A stretch of 64,000 nucleotides of DNA from NCBI GenBank assembly GCA_005881435.1, contig VBHP01000028.1:4538-68537 (forward strand). The letters are read 5' to 3'. The position numbers were made by a program, and so were the translations under genes. Position 1 is the stretch's first letter. The number at the start of each line of letters is the position of its first letter. Below the pieces are notes generated by a model, which worked only from the letters and a program-made list of their open reading frames with translations, made no database searches and had not been told where the DNA came from. This document shows, one piece after another, positions 63,259 through 64,000 of the stretch. Origin of the DNA: Chloroflexota bacterium (GTDB lineage: Bacteria > Chloroflexota > Limnocylindria > P2-11E > CF-107).

Positions 63259-63729
63259 TTACGCGGTGCCCGCGCGCCGTATCGGGCGGAACAGCAGGTA
63301 GGCGAGCCAGGTGAAGATCGCGCCCGCCGCGGCACCGGCCAGCGGTTCGAGCACGATGACCGCGCCGAGCACCGCTCCGAGGAACGCGTCGGAAAGTGAA
63401 TACGTCAGCAGCACGTCGCGGAAGAAGTCCGCCTGCAACAGCGCCTGTGCGATGCCCGCCACCAATCCAGCAACAAATCCGGCAAGGGCGCCGCGCGCCG
63501 CGGCGGTGGTCGCCTTAATGCCGGATCGCGCCATCGCGCGACCGAGCGCGCCGTACAGCACCACCATCAGCGCCAGCCCTGCCGAAGCTAGGAGATTCGA
63601 GAGGGGCAGGTTTGGCATTCGCGTGGTGGGTGGGACTCGTTCGAGCTCGCGCGCTCCGACGACGGCTTGTGCGATGCCGAAAGCGGCCAACAGCGCCGCG
63701 ATCCCGAAGCTTTGGCGCAGATACCGCAT
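63259..63729 (-). CDS. Hypothetical membrane protein (156 aa)
   Basis: Four TM helices, Ala/Gly-rich. Confidence 0.5.
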   Translation of the reverse strand: MRYLRQSFGIAALLAAFGIAQAVVGARELERVPPTTRMPNLPLSNLLASAGLALMVVLYGALGRAMARSGIKATTAAARGALAGFVAGLVAGIAQALLQADFFRDVLLTYSLSDAFLGAVLGAVIVLEPLAGAAAGAIFTWLAYLLFRPIRRAGTA

Positions 63730-63740
63730 GGGCAGAGAGG

Positions 63741-64000
63741 CTAGCCGACGACGGTACCCCCAGCCACGTGGATCTCGGAGAGGAATCGTTTCAACTCGAT
63801 CGGCTTGTGGAAGACGGCGTCGACGAGCGAGCCCTCGAGCTCTCGTGTGAGCGCCCGTGCACCCGTCACCAGAAGGATGCGGGTGTCGGGGAAGCGCCGG
63901 CGCAGTCCCAGGACCAACGAGAGGCCGCGGCCGTCAGGCAACCTCTGGTCGAGCACGACGAGGGAGGGCGGCCGACGGAGCTGTGAGATCAAGCGCTGGG
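63741..64000 (-). CDS. Response-regulator receiver-domain protein (partial; start beyond window end)
   Basis: C-terminal receiver features (LVVLDQRLPDGRGLSLV, ILLVTGAR, FHKPIELKRF). The ORF runs off the window. Confidence 0.5.
   Translation of the reverse strand, partial: QRLISQLRRPPSLVVLDQRLPDGRGLSLVLGLRRRFPDTRILLVTGARALTRELEGSLVDAVFHKPIELKRFLSEIHVAGGTVVG

Noticed and set aside
1-64000. tRNA, rRNA, CRISPR repeats, IS elements, integrases, reverse transcriptases
   Set aside because: By eye there are no tRNA-like acceptor or T-arm signatures, no regularly spaced direct repeats, and no transposase, recombinase or RT motifs (YxDD) in any frame. A tRNAscan/Infernal run would be needed to be certain about small RNAs.

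Overview
The window is a high-GC (about 70%) chromosomal segment that looks actinobacterial or Chloroflexi-like: deazaflavin F420-dependent enzymes are present, codon usage is strongly GC3-biased, and adjacent genes very often overlap by 4 nt (ATGA/GTGA). I could support about 75 protein-coding genes on both strands and found no rRNA, tRNA, CRISPR array, transposase, integrase or reverse transcriptase.

The content is mostly metabolic and regulatory:
- An AcuC-like deacetylase, CDF transporter and membrane-protein operon next to an acyl-CoA synthetase.
- An OmpR/HisKA two-component pair that diverges from a secreted tandem-repeat protein.
- Fatty-acid and butyrate enzymes: a thioesterase, two acyl-CoA dehydrogenases (one disrupted), a thiolase, Hbd and an orphan E1-alpha.
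- A GAF-GGDEF cyclase.
- A split NHEJ pair (LigD ligase and polymerase domains) flanking a DUF2795 gene.
- A GntR-ABC exporter operon with a near-consensus promoter and palindromic operator.
- A LeuA-like synthase with a domain-permuted fused LeuD-LeuC dehydratase.
- Two separate xanthine-dehydrogenase/CO-dehydrogenase-family molybdoenzyme clusters. The second is a tightly overlapping iclR-S-L-M-mocA-xdhC-DUF385 operon whose large subunit is frameshifted.
- An ECF sigma factor translationally coupled to ogt.
- A fused spermidine-synthase membrane protein.
- A TIR-like (DUF1863) gene with an amidohydrolase and an alkaline-phosphatase-family gene.

The observations I would look at first:
- Three independently disrupted genes.
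- A duplicated leader plus signal peptide shared by two unrelated secreted proteins.
- Two clear intrinsic terminators.
- A candidate autoregulatory direct-repeat site.

Coordinates were checked by hand against the printed sequence. Start codons are the least certain part of the annotation; many are GTG or TTG.
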